DNA of 64,000 nt, from contig RQSC01000032.1 in NCBI GenBank assembly GCA_013416795.1, positions 719,397-783,396 on the forward strand, given 5' to 3'. The DNA comes from Prasinococcaceae sp. CCMP 1430. Taxonomy: Eukaryota; Plantae; Prasinodermophyta. The notes under the pieces are model-generated. The model ran no database searches and had not been told where the DNA came from. It worked only from the letters and a program-made list of their open reading frames with translations. Positions 10,950 through 22,728 of the stretch are shown piece by piece (positions within the stretch are counted from its first letter, which is position 1; each line of letters starts with the position of its first letter). Made by a program: the position numbers and the translations under genes.

Positions 10950-13187
10950 CTACTCGTTGACTTCGCTCCCGTCAGCCTCGCCCAAGTCAACGGGGAAGAG
11001 CGCCGTCTCGACACGCTGCAGGGCGCGTTGGACGCGATCCCTGAGCCCCTCATCCTCGCACTCGATGGACTTGTCATTGTGGCGCACAGTGACGGCGATG
11101 CCGTCCACCGAGAACGTCAGAAGCCGCAGCTCCTCGTCCGTCTCTACCCTACCGAACTGCGCGGCCAGCAGCGCCGAAAGGATCTCGAGTTCGGCAGCTT
11201 CGGCGGCCTCCGCATCTTCGCGACTGCGCGCGCGCCGCAGATTCTCCTCGGCAGCGGCCAGCGCGGGTTCCTCCTCCAGCTGCATCACCACGGCGACAAT
11301 GGCGTCCGCGACCATGTCCGCCACTGGGTCCGACTCCCACTCAAGCACGAGGGTGCATGCCGTCACGTTGGGGGTCATGGTGACCTTGCCACCTACGCTA
11401 ACCTTCAGAGGGTCGCCAGCTGACCCAGCTGCGGCGGCGGGTTTCACCTCCTTTCCGCCGTCCTCCGTCTTCGCCGCGTCTCCCTCCACCTTAACCTTGC
11501 TCCTACTCGCTGCTTCGATAGGGGCGGCGGTGCGAACGGAGTGCACGCCCTCGAAGAGCTGCTCGACCGCCAGGCGCACCTCCCAGAAATGGCGCGTGCA
11601 CGGCACGGCCTGCCGCTGTGTGATGGTCGTGCGGCGCAGGCCGGTGTACGTATGCGCATCCTCAACATCGATGAGTGTGTGGTTGAAGCCCTTGCGAACA
11701 AGCAGACCCCCAACGTGCGAGCCCTCCTCGGGCACCTTGTTGGCCAGCGTGCCCATCACGCGCGCCTCACGCGCGAACTTGAAGGGCAGCGACACCGGCT
11801 GCACGTTCTTGGGCGTGTACACTGCCATTGAATAGCCGTCCTTTTGCGCCTTAGCCTCCAGCGCGTGCTTCAGGCGTCCCATCTCGTTGACCTCGCCGTG
11901 CACGAGCACAACGTGCTGAGGACGCAGCTTGTCCAGGAAGCCCTGTGTCTGCGGGAAATCGGCGTGCGCTGAGAATGAGATCGCGTCGACGGTACAGCGC
12001 AGCGGCACCTTGAGCCCCGCCTTGGTGGTCACCTCGGCCGGGCCCTGCAGCACCTCGCGCGCCAGCGTGCCCTGCACGGCAAAGTCCGCGATGATGACGC
12101 CGTTTCGCTTGTCCTCGCACCACGCCTCGAATAGCTCGCGGCTGAGGCCCGACTGCAGCATGGAGGGCGTTGCCATGACGACGCACGGGCCGTTGTGGTC
12201 CTCGATCCCCGCCGAGCCCTGCATGTGCTTGACGAACTTGAAGTCGAATGGGTTAGCGAGCTCGAACGCCTCGCGGATGCCACTGTTCATCATGTTGATG
12301 TACGTCTGGTAGATGCTCATCGAGCGGCGGGCCAGCGCGCTCGCCTGGAAGATGGGTACTGACTGCAGCTCGGGGTGATTCTTCCAGAAGTCCTCCAGGA
12401 TGAGCAGCAGCTCCTGCGCGCGCCCGAGCGCGACCACGGGCAGCAGCAGCTTGCCACCGCGCCTGATGACGCTCATCACCATCTCTCCGAAGCGCTGCTC
12501 GCGCTCCGCCTTGGGCGTGTGGCTCTGCACGCCATACGTCGACTCGACGATCACCACGTGGGGCGGGCGCTCGGGGATTTCCGCGGCCGCGAGGTGTCTG
12601 TCCGGCTGACGCGAGTAGTCGCCCGTGTACAACACGCTGACGCCTGCAATCTCAACCTGGAACATGGCGGCGCCGAGCACGTGCCCGGCCATGTATGGCT
12701 TGAACTTGATGCCATCGACGTCGATCTCCTGGTGAAAGTCGACGACCTCGATCCGCTCCATCGACGCGTCGAGGTCGCGCTCGGTGTACAGCTGCTCCCC
12801 GGACGAGCCCTTCGAAACGCGCACGAAGTCCGCGAGCAATGTGCGATACACCGCCTTGGTCGGATGCGTCATGAAGATGCGCCCCTTGAAGTTGGTGTGT
12901 GCGAGCAGGTAGGGTACGGCCGCGCAGTGGTCGAGGTGGAAGTGCGTCACCAGGCACACGTCGATCTTGTCTAGCTCGACCTCGTCGAAGAACGGCAAGC
13001 TCGCCATCCCTGAGTAGCCCGGGTGGATGCCGCAGTCGAGCATCACCTGCTTGCCCATGTACGACACCACGATCGCCGAGCGGCCCACCTCGGAGCCCGC
13101 ACCCAGCGGCATGATCTTGAGCGTGTCATCGGCGGCCGCCGCGTCCGCCGCGTCCGTCGCGCGCGCGGCCGCGGCAGCAGGCGCCAT
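10950..13187 (-). CDS. CPSF3: Cleavage and polyadenylation specificity factor 73-kDa subunit (MBL/beta-CASP endonuclease)
   Basis: PLGAGSEVGRS, MLDCGIHP, THFHLDH, AGHVLGAAMF, ESTYG, PVVALGRAQELL, FSAHADF, LVHGE; single exon. Confidence 0.97.
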   Translation of the reverse strand: MAPAAAAARATDAADAAAADDTLKIMPLGAGSEVGRSAIVVSYMGKQVMLDCGIHPGYSGMASLPFFDEVELDKIDVCLVTHFHLDHCAAVPYLLAHTNFKGRIFMTHPTKAVYRTLLADFVRVSKGSSGEQLYTERDLDASMERIEVVDFHQEIDVDGIKFKPYMAGHVLGAAMFQVEIAGVSVLYTGDYSRQPDRHLAAAEIPERPPHVVIVESTYGVQSHTPKAEREQRFGEMVMSVIRRGGKLLLPVVALGRAQELLLILEDFWKNHPELQSVPIFQASALARRSMSIYQTYINMMNSGIREAFELANPFDFKFVKHMQGSAGIEDHNGPCVVMATPSMLQSGLSRELFEAWCEDKRNGVIIADFAVQGTLAREVLQGPAEVTTKAGLKVPLRCTVDAISFSAHADFPQTQGFLDKLRPQHVVLVHGEVNEMGRLKHALEAKAQKDGYSMAVYTPKNVQPVSLPFKFAREARVMGTLANKVPEEGSHVGGLLVRKGFNHTLIDVEDAHTYTGLRRTTITQRQAVPCTRHFWEVRLAVEQLFEGVHSVRTAAPIEAASRSKVKVEGDAAKTEDGGKEVKPAAAAGSAGDPLKVSVGGKVTMTPNVTACTLVLEWESDPVADMVADAIVAVVMQLEEEPALAAAEENLRRARSREDAEAAEAAELEILSALLAAQFGRVETDEELRLLTFSVDGIAVTVRHNDKSIECEDEGLRDRVQRALQRVETALFPVDLGEADGSEVNE

Positions 13188-14361
13188 GGCGGCAGGCTAT
13201 GGGACAGCGAAACGCAGCGGGAGAGAGCGCAGAGGAATGAGGGGGCAGGGTTGGCGGAGGTGGCAAGCGCGCGCGGATGGGGTGGTGTGTGCGAGGGGGG
13301 TGCGTCAGGGCGCAGATACAGCGCCCCCCAAAGGTGCCGTTGCGCTGCGCGGCGCGGCGCGGTGCGTGACGGCGCTGCGCTGCGCCAGGCGGGGCGGCGT
13401 AACGCGCGGCGAGGGGCGCGGGAGCGTACCGCAGCAGCCACTCCTCCTCCCCTCCCGCGTCGCGTGCGCCCCTGCCGGAACGGCGGTGCGTCGCGCGCAC
13501 CGTCTGGCGCACCCCCTCCTCCCTACTAGCTCCCCCCTGCCGCCGTCCCCGGAAGCCGCCGCCGCGCGCGCGCCCTCGCGCCGAGTCTCCGCGCGAACCC
13601 CAGCATTTCATTCCCGTCCGAACGCCCGCCCCCGCGAGACGCCCCCGGTCCCCGCCCGCTTCCGCACCCACGCGCGGACCCGGCATCCGCCCCCGCCGCG
13701 CCGCCGCGCGCGACAGCCAGTCTCAGTCAGGCAGACAGGCCGGCAGTCAGTCCCAGCCAGGGCACACACCCGACCGACAGCGCGAACGCGAACGCGAACG
13801 CGAGCCATCGATCAAGCCATCAAGCGCGCGCGGGGCGCCGGCGCGATTTCGGACGGCGCCGGCGTTCAGTCAGTCCCCGATTGATTGGGAATTCGCAGGG
13901 AGGCGCGCGGGCCGAGGCCGCACCGAATTCTCGCGGTGCGCGACATCGATCGGCCGATATCGGAGGGTAAAAGGGTCTCCCGTGGTTGATGAAAAGGCGG
14001 GGACGTGTGTGGGGAAGGGCGGGGGCTGTGGGCCGCGAGCGCGCGCGCGCGCGCGCGCGCGCGCCTGCCGAACACGCCGACGACGAGTACCTGCGCGTGG
14101 CGGCCGCGGGGGGCGGCCGCGGGGGGGGGCCAGCGCGGGAGGGGGCTTGGGAGTGTGTGTGTGTGGGAGGAAGTAGGGCAAAGTGGCTCGGTCAGCGCTC
14201 TCCCTGCTCCCTCGCGCGGGCCTGCGCCCTCGCGCCTGGCGTGCCGCCGGCGCCGGTGTCATCGGCGGCCGCAAAGGGCGGGCCGCGAGAGCCACCGCCG
14301 GCGGTGTCGGGGGCGAGGGCGGCGGGCCGGAGGCGGCGCAGGGGCGGCACGAGCTGGAGAG

Positions 14362-16624
14362 ATGTGCGTCGCGGGTGGCGGCGCAGGCAGCGGCAACAGC
14401 GCCCTAGGAGGGTCTGCGGCTCAGCAGCCCGAGCAGAGGGGTGCCACGGCCGCTGGCGGCGACTCGGATTCGCTGCCGCTGCAGGCGCTGCGGCCCGAGT
14501 CAGCGCCAAGCAAAAAATCGCGGCGCAAGAAAAAAAGGGCGGCGGCTGCTGCCGCACAGCAGCAAGGTACGGCACGACTGCGCCCGTGCGTGGCTCGAGT
14601 GGCACAAGCTGCACGCGCGCTCCCACCCCACCCCCACCCCTCCCGTGTCCCAACACCTTATGCTGACAGCGTTCGCTTACGGGCACGGCCGCGTGTGTGT
14701 GTGCGTCCCAGGGGTTCCAGCCATCTCCGAGGAGACGGAGGAGGACGTGCTCTCCAACGGCAGCACCGCTGCTGCGGAGGAGAGCGACCACAGCAGCGAC
14801 AGCGAGGATGAGGGCGACGAGGGCTACCGTCCGGGCGGCTATCATCCGGTGCGCATCGGCGAGTGCTTCCGCGGCAGCCGCTACGTTGTGCATCGCAAGC
14901 TCGGATGGGGCCACTTTTCGACGGTGTGGCTCTGCTGGGACAGTGATGGGCAGCGGGAGGTGGCGCTCAAGGTGCAGAAGAGTGCAAAGAACTACACCGA
15001 AGCTGCCTACGACGAAATACGGATCCTCGAGCAGATCGAGAGTGGCGAAGCCGGCGACGGCACCGGCAAGCCCGCTGCAGAAAGCGAAGAGGAGCCGCAT
15101 GGTCGCACGAGTGCCGACTTCAGCGCTGGAAAGCTGTGCGCGCTCACCCTGCTCGATCACTTCGAGCACCGCGGCCCAAACGGCACGCACGTGTGCATGG
15201 TCTTCGAAGTGCTCGGAGACAACCTGCTGTCGCTGATCAAGCGCTTCGGCTACCGCGGCATTCCCATGACAGCCGTCCGCGAGATCGCGCGACAGGTGCT
15301 GCTCGGGCTTGACTACCTCCACACGCATCTCCGCATCATTCACACAGACTTGAAACCTGAGAACGTGCTCCTCGTCGATCCCATCGAGTGGCACAAGCCG
15401 CTTGACCCCAATGCTGACTTCTCTGCGTGGGCGCCGGGTGGCGGCGGGCAGGAGGCCCCGTCCGTGCGCCCAGACGTCGGCGGCGGAGCCATGCGTGCGG
15501 CCACGCAGGCAGCGAATGGTAGCAGCGGCGGCAATGGTAGTTGCGATGGCGGGGCCACGGCAGCGGCAGACGTCGAGGCGATCACTGAAGGTGTGGGCCA
15601 CGTGACCATTACCGCGGAGGAGCTTGGCGCCCCTTCAGATGCGGGCCCACGCGAAGTGGCGTCTGTGGTGGACGCCTCGGACTCGTCGGTCGTCGCGGAC
15701 TCGGCGACCTTGCCCGCACTCACCAAGAACCAGAAAAAGAAGGCCAAGAAGAAGGCCAAAAAGAAAGCGCTCGCCGCGGCGCAGGATGTCAACGGTGCGG
15801 CCGCCGCAGGCGCGGGCGTGGACGCTGGCAACGGCGCCGGGCGGATGCACGGGACGGGGAACTACTCAGGGGTGGGAGGCAGTGCGAGCGGCGGCGCACA
15901 CGGCGTGCGCGGCCCCGAGGCGCGTGTGGTGCGCGGCAACAAGACCGGCCTCGGCACGCGCAAATCATTCACGCCGGACGAGCACCGCCGCGCCCTCGAG
16001 CACGTCGACGCGCGCATGCTGTCCATCGTCGAGGGCCAAGAGGGCGCCGCGCGGTGCAAGATCGTCGATCTCGGGAACGCCTGCTGGACGCACAGGCAAT
16101 TTACTGACGATATTCAGACGCGGCAGTACCGTTCGCTCGAGGTCATCCTCGGCGCCAAGTACTCTACTCCTGCAGATATCTGGTCGGTTGCCTGCATGCT
16201 GTTCGAGCTAGCCACTGGCGACCTCCTCTTCGACCCGCACTCAGGCAGGGACTACACTCGCGACGAGGACCACATCGCGCTACTCACGGAGCTCTTGGGG
16301 CGTGTGCCCAAGAAGATTGCCCTTGGCGGCAGGTACTCCCGCGAGTTCTTCACGCGCTCGGCCGAGCTGCGGCATATCAAGCAGCTCAAGCCCTGGCCGC
16401 TCGACAAGGTGCTCGCGGAAAAGTACGGCTTCCCCGACGACGAGGCAGCAATGTTCAGCGACTTCCTGTGCGGCATGCTGGAGTTCGCGCCAGAGCGACG
16501 AGCGACCGCCGCACAGTGCCTCGCACACCCCTGGATGACATGCGAGATGCCAACGCCCACCAGCGTGGCTGGCTCGGATGGCGGCGGCAAGGCGGATGGC
16601 GGCGGCGCGGACGCTGGCGCTTAA
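14362..16624 (+). CDS. SRPK: SR-protein kinase (exons 14362-14566, 14712-16624)
   Basis: YRPGGYHPV, LGWGHFSTVWL, HTDLKPEN, long spacer, DLGNACW, DIQTRQYRSLEV, LATGDLLFDP; phase-1 intron 14567-14711. Confidence 0.95.
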
Positions 16625-16631
16625 GGCCGGC

Positions 16632-16636
16632 TGTAA
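16632..16636 (+). promoter_or_regulatory. TGTAA chlorophyte-type polyadenylation signal; others at 41662 and 58723 (+) and 7379, 19444, 45498, 60554 (-)
   Basis: TGTAA occurs 8-130 nt after the stop codon on the sense strand of at least seven genes; UGUAA is the established green-algal poly(A) signal. Confidence 0.75.
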
Positions 16637-16702
16637 GTTGATATCAACACCTTAATCATCACCGTGATATCCACACCTACACATGTAGCTAGCTAGCTAG
16701 AG

Positions 16703-17961
16703 CTATCGATGCCCCTTCTGCACACGAAGGACGACCTTGCCGACTGTCTTCCCTCCTTGGAGATCGCGCAGCGCCTGCTGGGCCTCTGAGAAGTCGCGCA
16801 CCGTGCCCACATGGGGTGGAGGGAGGTCGAGAGAGAGCAGCTTCGAGATGATGCCATCGGCGCCTCGGAACTCGTCCACCCTATCAAACAACCAAATCAA
16901 ATTGAATCCCAACACACCCTTGTTGTGTCCGGGCATATCCATTGGCGAGAGCGTCGGCTTGCGCACGACGGCGCTCCAGGCCAACCTGAGCCAGCCCCAC
17001 AAACTGACCGAGTCACCTTGCGGCGTCCAGTCGGCGGCCCCAAACACGACATGTCGCCCGCACGGCGCCAGGGAGTCGTAGACGGGCCTGAAGTACTACA
17101 CTCATGTGGAACAGCACTCGCGCGTGTCAGCTCGAAGTTCACAGCAAGACGACAGAGTTGGTGCGACTGCGCGAGGCGCACGCAGGGCGATTGCAGGCGA
17201 CCATGGTTCTCGCCTCTTACCTCTCCTCCTAGAGAATCGAGCGCCGCATCAATCCCGTCAGGAGCGGCGCTCTGCAGCTGCGCGGGAAAGTCGCGTGCGC
17301 TCGTGCGCACGATGATATCACGCGCCTCGGCGTGCGGGAATGTGGACTGAAGGAACTCCACCTTGCGCTCCGTCCCCACCGTCATGATGGCACGCGCGTG
17401 CACGCGCTTGGCAATGTGACACGCAGCCAATCCCGTGCCTCCAGCGGCCGAATGCACGAGCACGATCGGTGGCGTGGCCCTCGCTGCATTTCGTGCTCCG
17501 TCGGCGACGCCGCCGAGGTCCATAGCGTAGAGAGCGGTGATCGCCTGCACGGGGAATGCCGCCCCTTCCTCAAAAGACCACGTGTCTGGCAGCGGGAGCG
17601 CTTGCTGCCAGGGCAGGTCGATCCTCTCTGCGAAGCCCCCGAAGCGCGTCACGCACATCACCCGGTCGCCCACCTTTGGTGCACCGTCGCCGGCCACGCC
17701 TTGGCCAACCGACGTTACGACGCCGCAGCACTCGAGACCCGGCGTGTACGGTACGCCCTTTGGCGCCGCCGCGTACAGACCCAAGCAAGTGAACACGTCG
17801 GCAAAATTTAGCCCAATGGCATGCACGTCCACGCGGACGAAGCCGTTCGCCAGCGGCGCGTCGTCCGCGACGTCGGCGGCATGCTCCAGCGCGAGCTTCG
17901 CGAGATTGCCCGTGCGCGGCCCCACCCATCGGCGCGGCGCCGGTGGCGATGCACCCGCCAT
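16703..17961 (-). CDS. MDR-superfamily NADPH:quinone oxidoreductase, VAT1-like (intron 17220-17096)
   Basis: AIGLNFADV, TPGLECCG, VLVHSAAGGTG, spliced DSLGGE|YFRPVYDSLAPCGRHVVFG, GKTVGKVVL; alternative upstream ATG at 18138. Confidence 0.9.
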
Positions 17962-18167
17962 CGCCGCGCGTGTGCGGCGCGCTGCGCGCCCCGTGCGCGC
18001 AGCAGCGCGCACGGCAGGCACTGGCCGCGCAGCTGCGCTGGAGGTCGCGCGCATCGCGCGAGATGTGGCGGAGAGACGTGGCCTCTCCGGTTTTGAACGG
18101 CGGAAACGCCGCGCGACCCCCGCAGGGAGCCACATCATGCGCGCCGCGCGCGCGCGCGCGTGGCGCC

Positions 18168-19380
18168 ATGCTCGGCGCGGCGCTGTCCCCGCTGGCCGCG
18201 GGCTACTTGCTTTCAGCGCTGGCCGCCGCTGCCAATGGGTCCTTCGCTGCGCTATCCAAGCTCCCGAGCGTCGCGGCCGCGGACGCGCCACCCGTGGCCT
18301 TCCAGCTGTACGCGTCGTGTGGCGTGGCGTTTTCCTCGCTCGTGTGCTCGCCACCGCTGTGCGCATACGCCAACCGGTGGGCCACGCTTGACGCCGAAGC
18401 GCCGCAGACGACGTCTCTCATGCTCAGCGGCAACGGAGTGCTGGCTGGCGCGCTGTTCGTTGTGGCGATCTCTGGCTCTTTCGCAGCGATACCGCTCATC
18501 GGCCTCGCGACGGCGCAATCCGTGTGGGGGGGTGTGGCGGTCCTCGTGAGCTTCGCGTGGGGCGTAGCGGCGCTAGGCAACCGAGTGGACAGCCCGGTGC
18601 TCGCCGCGCTCGGCCTGGTCTCCCTCGTCACCTCAATCGCGGGCATAGCTGCCTGTACGGAGGTGGGGGACTTCGCAGCGCGCAGGTTGGGGTACACGAG
18701 AGGTGCGAATCAGTATGAGCGCATCGGCGAGCGCTCTCCATCCATCTCTGCTCGGGACGGCCCGGCATCTGGCCAGCGCGCACTCGGACTCGCCTACTCC
18801 CTGCTTGTTGGCGTCTCTGGGGGCTCCATTCTCGTGCCAAGCCATTTCGAGACGCACGCGGTCGGCTTTGCGTTCCTGCCGTCCTTCGGTCTCGGCGCTC
18901 TAGCCGCCTCACTGGCAATGACTGCCGGATTCGCGTGCAAGGAGGGTGGCCTTCCCGACATGAAGGTGCGCACGAGCGCCGTGTGTGTGCGCGCGCGCGT
19001 GCTTGTGTCTCACGACGCCGAGCGGTCTCTGGCTCACACAGCTGACGCGCGCCTGTTGCTGTCCACGGCATCGGTCGGACGTGCTCCGTGCAACGGCGCG
19101 CTCGCTCGCTCGACACAAGGCGAGACAAACGGCGTGGGCGGGCGTATGTAGCGGCGTGCTGTGGAACGTGGGGAACGCCCTGAGTATCGCGGCGATTCCG
19201 CGCTTGGGGTACGCGGTCGCGTATCCCCTGCTTCAGTGCTCGTTACTCGTGGGTGGGCTCTGGGGCGTCTTCTGCTTCAAGGAGATCCGGGGCGGCCCGC
19301 CAATAGCCGCCTTCTTTGGCGCCTCGTGCGTGCTCATCGCAGGGGCAGGGATGCTTGGCCTGTCCACCTCTGCGCAGTGA
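18168..19380 (+). CDS. TMEM144: TMEM144-like DMT sugar-transport-family membrane protein
   Basis: NGSFAALSK, FQLYASCG, IPLIGLATAQSVWGG, GVSGGSILVP, GVLWNVGNALSIAAI..LGYAVAYP..LWGVFCFKEI; intron(s) between about 18967 and 19151. Confidence 0.75.
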
Positions 19381-19456
19381 CGGAGGCAGGAGCCACCGGC
19401 GCCAATCTGTACACGTAAATGTGTTGTTCATATGTACACTACTTTACATGAGCAGG

Positions 19457-21298
19457 TCAGTACCCGAGTTTCTTGGCCTTCGCCTCGAGCTGCGCTTGCT
19501 TGCGCTCTTGCTCTATGAGCCACGAACCATCATCGCCGTCGCCGCCGCCAACGCCGGGGTCGGGCTCGTCATCGGAGGTGTCTCTGCCACCGAGCAGCGC
19601 ATCAATGAGAGCATCAGGATCCTCCGCATCTCGCGACCGAGGGGGTGCTGAGGTGCTTGGCGGCGGCACCTTGAAGGGAGGGGGCCTCCGAATCTCGAGC
19701 CCGCCGGCGCGCGCTGCCGCAGGTGCCATGAAACCGTCGCTGTCGACGAGCGGCGCCTGTGCTGCCCCTCCCTGGGGCTCTGCCTGCGCCACATCACCCA
19801 CCTTGATGCTTGGCGGTTTGGGCATGGTGCCGCGCGAAGGGGCAGGCGGCGGTGGCATTGACGTCCCACCAGCTGCCGATGGAAGCGAAGGCATCTGAGT
19901 CATCGCGCTACCGTCAGCGTCGGCCGCAGCGGCGAGCGCAGCGGCTCTACGTTTGGCGATTTGTTCAGGATTGTGTGCGCCTGCAGGGTCAAGCACTTCG
20001 AGACGACCTTCCACCTGCGTAAGTTTCTCCTCATAGCCGGCGAGCTCCGCCGCAAGCGCGGAGCGCTTGCTCGCGACCACCTCCTTGCTGACATCACCCA
20101 TGAAGGCGTCGAGCGTGTCCAACGCGTCGTTGGCTTCGGTGTTCGACTCGCCGGAGTCCATTCTCTCGAGCTCTTGCTTCGCCGCCTCGGCTTTCACCTT
20201 GAGCTCCTTGTGCTCACTCCATAGCCCAGCGAGCGTCTCCTTGCTACTCGACGTGACCGAAATCGTCGCGTTGATTCTCGCGCGCTTCTGTGCTGCAGCC
20301 TGCGTGCGGTCGTAAAAGGAATCGTCGTCGTCGTCATCAATCGTGCGCCGCTTGCCCTTGCCCCGCCCCGCATGCCTCTCGCGCACGCGCGCTTTAGCAG
20401 CCTTGCCCTCCGCAAGGCTCTCGTTGATGGCCGTTTCGAGGTCTGCTATCTCGTGCTTGACAGCCGCGACCCTCTCCTCGTTCTTGGCGGCCTGCGCTAG
20501 CTGGCCCTGCGACAGGCCCGAGCCCATCCCCTCCTTGGCGCGGATACGCTCGATCTCAGAGAGCATGTTCGCAGCGCTCGTCTCCTTCTTACGAATCTTG
20601 TCCACGAGCTTCTGCTGGCGGTCGCTGAACGTGCCCTGGTACGTGCGCCAATCGATCTCGCCTAGCTCGTCCTCATCAGAGCCGCTCGCGGCCTCGTCCG
20701 CCTCATCGTCGCCACCGCGCAGGGCCTTGCGCATCTCCGCCGCCGCGGCCTCCTGCTGCGCCGCCCGCCTCGCTGCCAGGGCGTCGGGATTTGTCGCGAC
20801 TTCCGCGGCGGCTTTCGCTGCCGCCGCCGCGGCCTCGCGTGTCTTGTGTCCCCCGTCGCTCTCCTCGGCGTCCTCGCCCGTCACGACGTACAGCCGCTCT
20901 GAAGCGCCGATTTTGAACATATCGCCTGAGCGCAGCGGCACGTAAACCTTCGGTGGCAGCTTGCGCTTGTTGAGGGTGACGCCGTGCGTAGACGCATTGT
21001 CGTACAGGTACACCCTGCGCGCGCCGCGGTAGCCCTGCACCACTGCGTGGCACCGCGACGTCGAGGGGTGCTCCGCGACTATGTCGTTGCCCGGCGCGCG
21101 ACCGATGAGCAGCGCGCCCGCCGCGCTGGCGTCGGTTCCCGGTTCATAGAGCCGCCGCTCGCGCCCGACAACAACGCCGTTGCGCAGGACTTCGATGCCG
21201 AGGTCAAGGTCATCGGCGCAAGGCCCGCCCCATGCCGGCGGTGTGTAGAGCTCTCGCGCCGACGCCGGCAGCTGCTGCCGCTGCTGCTGCGCCGCCAT
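19457..21298 (-). CDS. SLC4A1AP: Kanadaptin-like FHA-domain nuclear protein
   Basis: YTPPAWG, IEVLRNG, FHA motifs GR..EHPSTSRCHAVV, STHGVTLN, GASERLY; acidic DDDDDSFYDRT; coiled coils; C-terminal KLGY. Confidence 0.85.
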   Translation of the reverse strand: MAAQQQRQQLPASARELYTPPAWGGPCADDLDLGIEVLRNGVVVGRERRLYEPGTDASAAGALLIGRAPGNDIVAEHPSTSRCHAVVQGYRGARRVYLYDNASTHGVTLNKRKLPPKVYVPLRSGDMFKIGASERLYVVTGEDAEESDGGHKTREAAAAAAKAAAEVATNPDALAARRAAQQEAAAAEMRKALRGGDDEADEAASGSDEDELGEIDWRTYQGTFSDRQQKLVDKIRKKETSAANMLSEIERIRAKEGMGSGLSQGQLAQAAKNEERVAAVKHEIADLETAINESLAEGKAAKARVRERHAGRGKGKRRTIDDDDDDSFYDRTQAAAQKRARINATISVTSSSKETLAGLWSEHKELKVKAEAAKQELERMDSGESNTEANDALDTLDAFMGDVSKEVVASKRSALAAELAGYEEKLTQVEGRLEVLDPAGAHNPEQIAKRRAAALAAAADADGSAMTQMPSLPSAAGGTSMPPPPAPSRGTMPKPPSIKVGDVAQAEPQGGAAQAPLVDSDGFMAPAAARAGGLEIRRPPPFKVPPPSTSAPPRSRDAEDPDALIDALLGGRDTSDDEPDPGVGGGDGDDGSWLIEQERKQAQLEAKAKKLGY

Positions 21299-21397
21299 CC
21301 GCGCGCGCACGCGCGCTTGACGGCGCCGCCGCCGCCGCCCAGCGTGTCTGTGGCGCCACGCGCGAGCGGCCGGGGCACGCTCGCACACTTCGCGCCT

Positions 21398-21947
21398 TCA
21401 CGGTGACCTCGAACGCGCATGCTTGTTTTTTTCCCTGTAGGCGACACGTGGCGGTTTCCGGGCCACACGGCGCGCACGCGGCGGGAGCCGCCGGCGGCGC
21501 GGTGCGGGAGCGCACGGCGGCGGCGGCGGCCGGGGCGGGCTCCTCTGCCACCGGCGTCGCGACGCGCGCGGCCTCGGCGCCCGCCTTGCTCGCCTTGCAC
21601 GCCTCCTCGAGCCCCGCCATAGTCTCGTCGAGGACGGACTCCTCTCCGTCGGCGTAGAGCACCTTCTCGAGCGCGGCCACCAGCGGCGTGCCAGCCACGC
21701 ACTCGGCCTGGGCGATGATCTCGACGTCGCGCAGCTTGGCGTAGTAAAAGTCGCGCTCCTTCTCGAGCATGTCGGCCTGCATCTTGAGCTCGGCCATGTG
21801 CTCCTGCAGGGCCTGCAGCTCCTTCGCCTGCGAGGCGCTGGGCGCGGACGCCCGCGAGGCGGCCGCGGGGGCGGCGGCGAGCGGCGCCACGTGCGGCACT
21901 GGGCGATGCGCTCCGCACGGCGGTCGCGGCAGTGCCCACGAGCCCCG
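21398..21947 (-). pseudogene. EB1: EB1/MAPRE C-terminal (EBH) part only; CH domain and start not found
   Basis: ELKMQADMLEKERDFYYAKLRDVEIIAQ..LEKVLYA is the EB1 C-terminal signature; possible acceptor at 21948; no CH-domain ORF recognised upstream on the minus strand in this window; 3' boundary (spliced ..EKNKHARSRSP*) is tentative. Confidence 0.7.
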
Positions 21948-21961
21948 CTGCGGTGACAGAA

Positions 21962-22728
21962 ATGTGCGCGAATATGGCAGACGTGTTGGCCACCGCTCCT
22001 CCGGCCGCCTACTTTGCCTACTTCCTGGGCGCAGGCATCGGGCTGCCGGTGCGTCATGTGTGCTCGCCCATGCGTCGCGTACCCGCGCTTCGAGTGCCGC
22101 GCGCCTTGCCCTTGCCAGCCAGGCACTGACGCTTTTGCGCACACAAATGCAGTTCTCTGAAGACGCAATGGTGGCATTCGTTGGCGCCCTGCTTTCGCGT
22201 GCGTGGCTCGGAACAGCGCCACTCGCGCAGCCAGCGGCACAGCTGCTCGCAGTGGTCTACGTGGGCGTGGTGTTGAGCGACGTGCTCACGTACGTCATCG
22301 GCGCCGCGCTCGGAAGGGGCCTCGCCCCCGGTATGCGCAGGCTTTTGCTTCCTGAGGGCTCGCAGGCCACCGAGCGCGCGCTTGCGACTGTGCGCTCCTT
22401 CGGCGTGGCCGTGGGCGCCGTGCAACGCTTCTGCGTCGGGCTACGCGGGCCGGTGTGCCTCGCCGCAGGCTTCACCGGCATGCCGCTCAGCAAGTTCGCC
22501 CTGGGTGCAGCCATCGGCGCGTCAATTACCGTGCCGCTGCAGCTTGCCGCGGGCTACTTGCTCCGCGACTCGCCCAACCCATACGTCGCGATGCTCGCGA
22601 TAGTTGCACTGCCAAACGCGGTGGGGCACCTGCTCGCGCCGGCCGCTGCTGCTGCGGGAGTGCTGTATGCGGCCACGCAACGCATCGTTCGGAAGGACAA
22701 GGGCAAGGAGATTGTGCGCGGCAACTAA
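21962..22728 (+). CDS. DedA/VTT-family membrane protein (intron 22049-22152); true start uncertain
   Basis: Spliced GAGIGLP|FSEDAMV, VLSDVLTYVIG..GR, QRFCVGLRGP..AAGF; the frame stays open upstream to about 21788 with an Arg/Ala-rich stretch but no ATG. Confidence 0.8.

Noticed and set aside
7453-19380. Three DMT-superfamily transporters close together, two of them divergent neighbours
   Set aside because: They belong to distant subfamilies with no sign of tandem duplication or shared pathway
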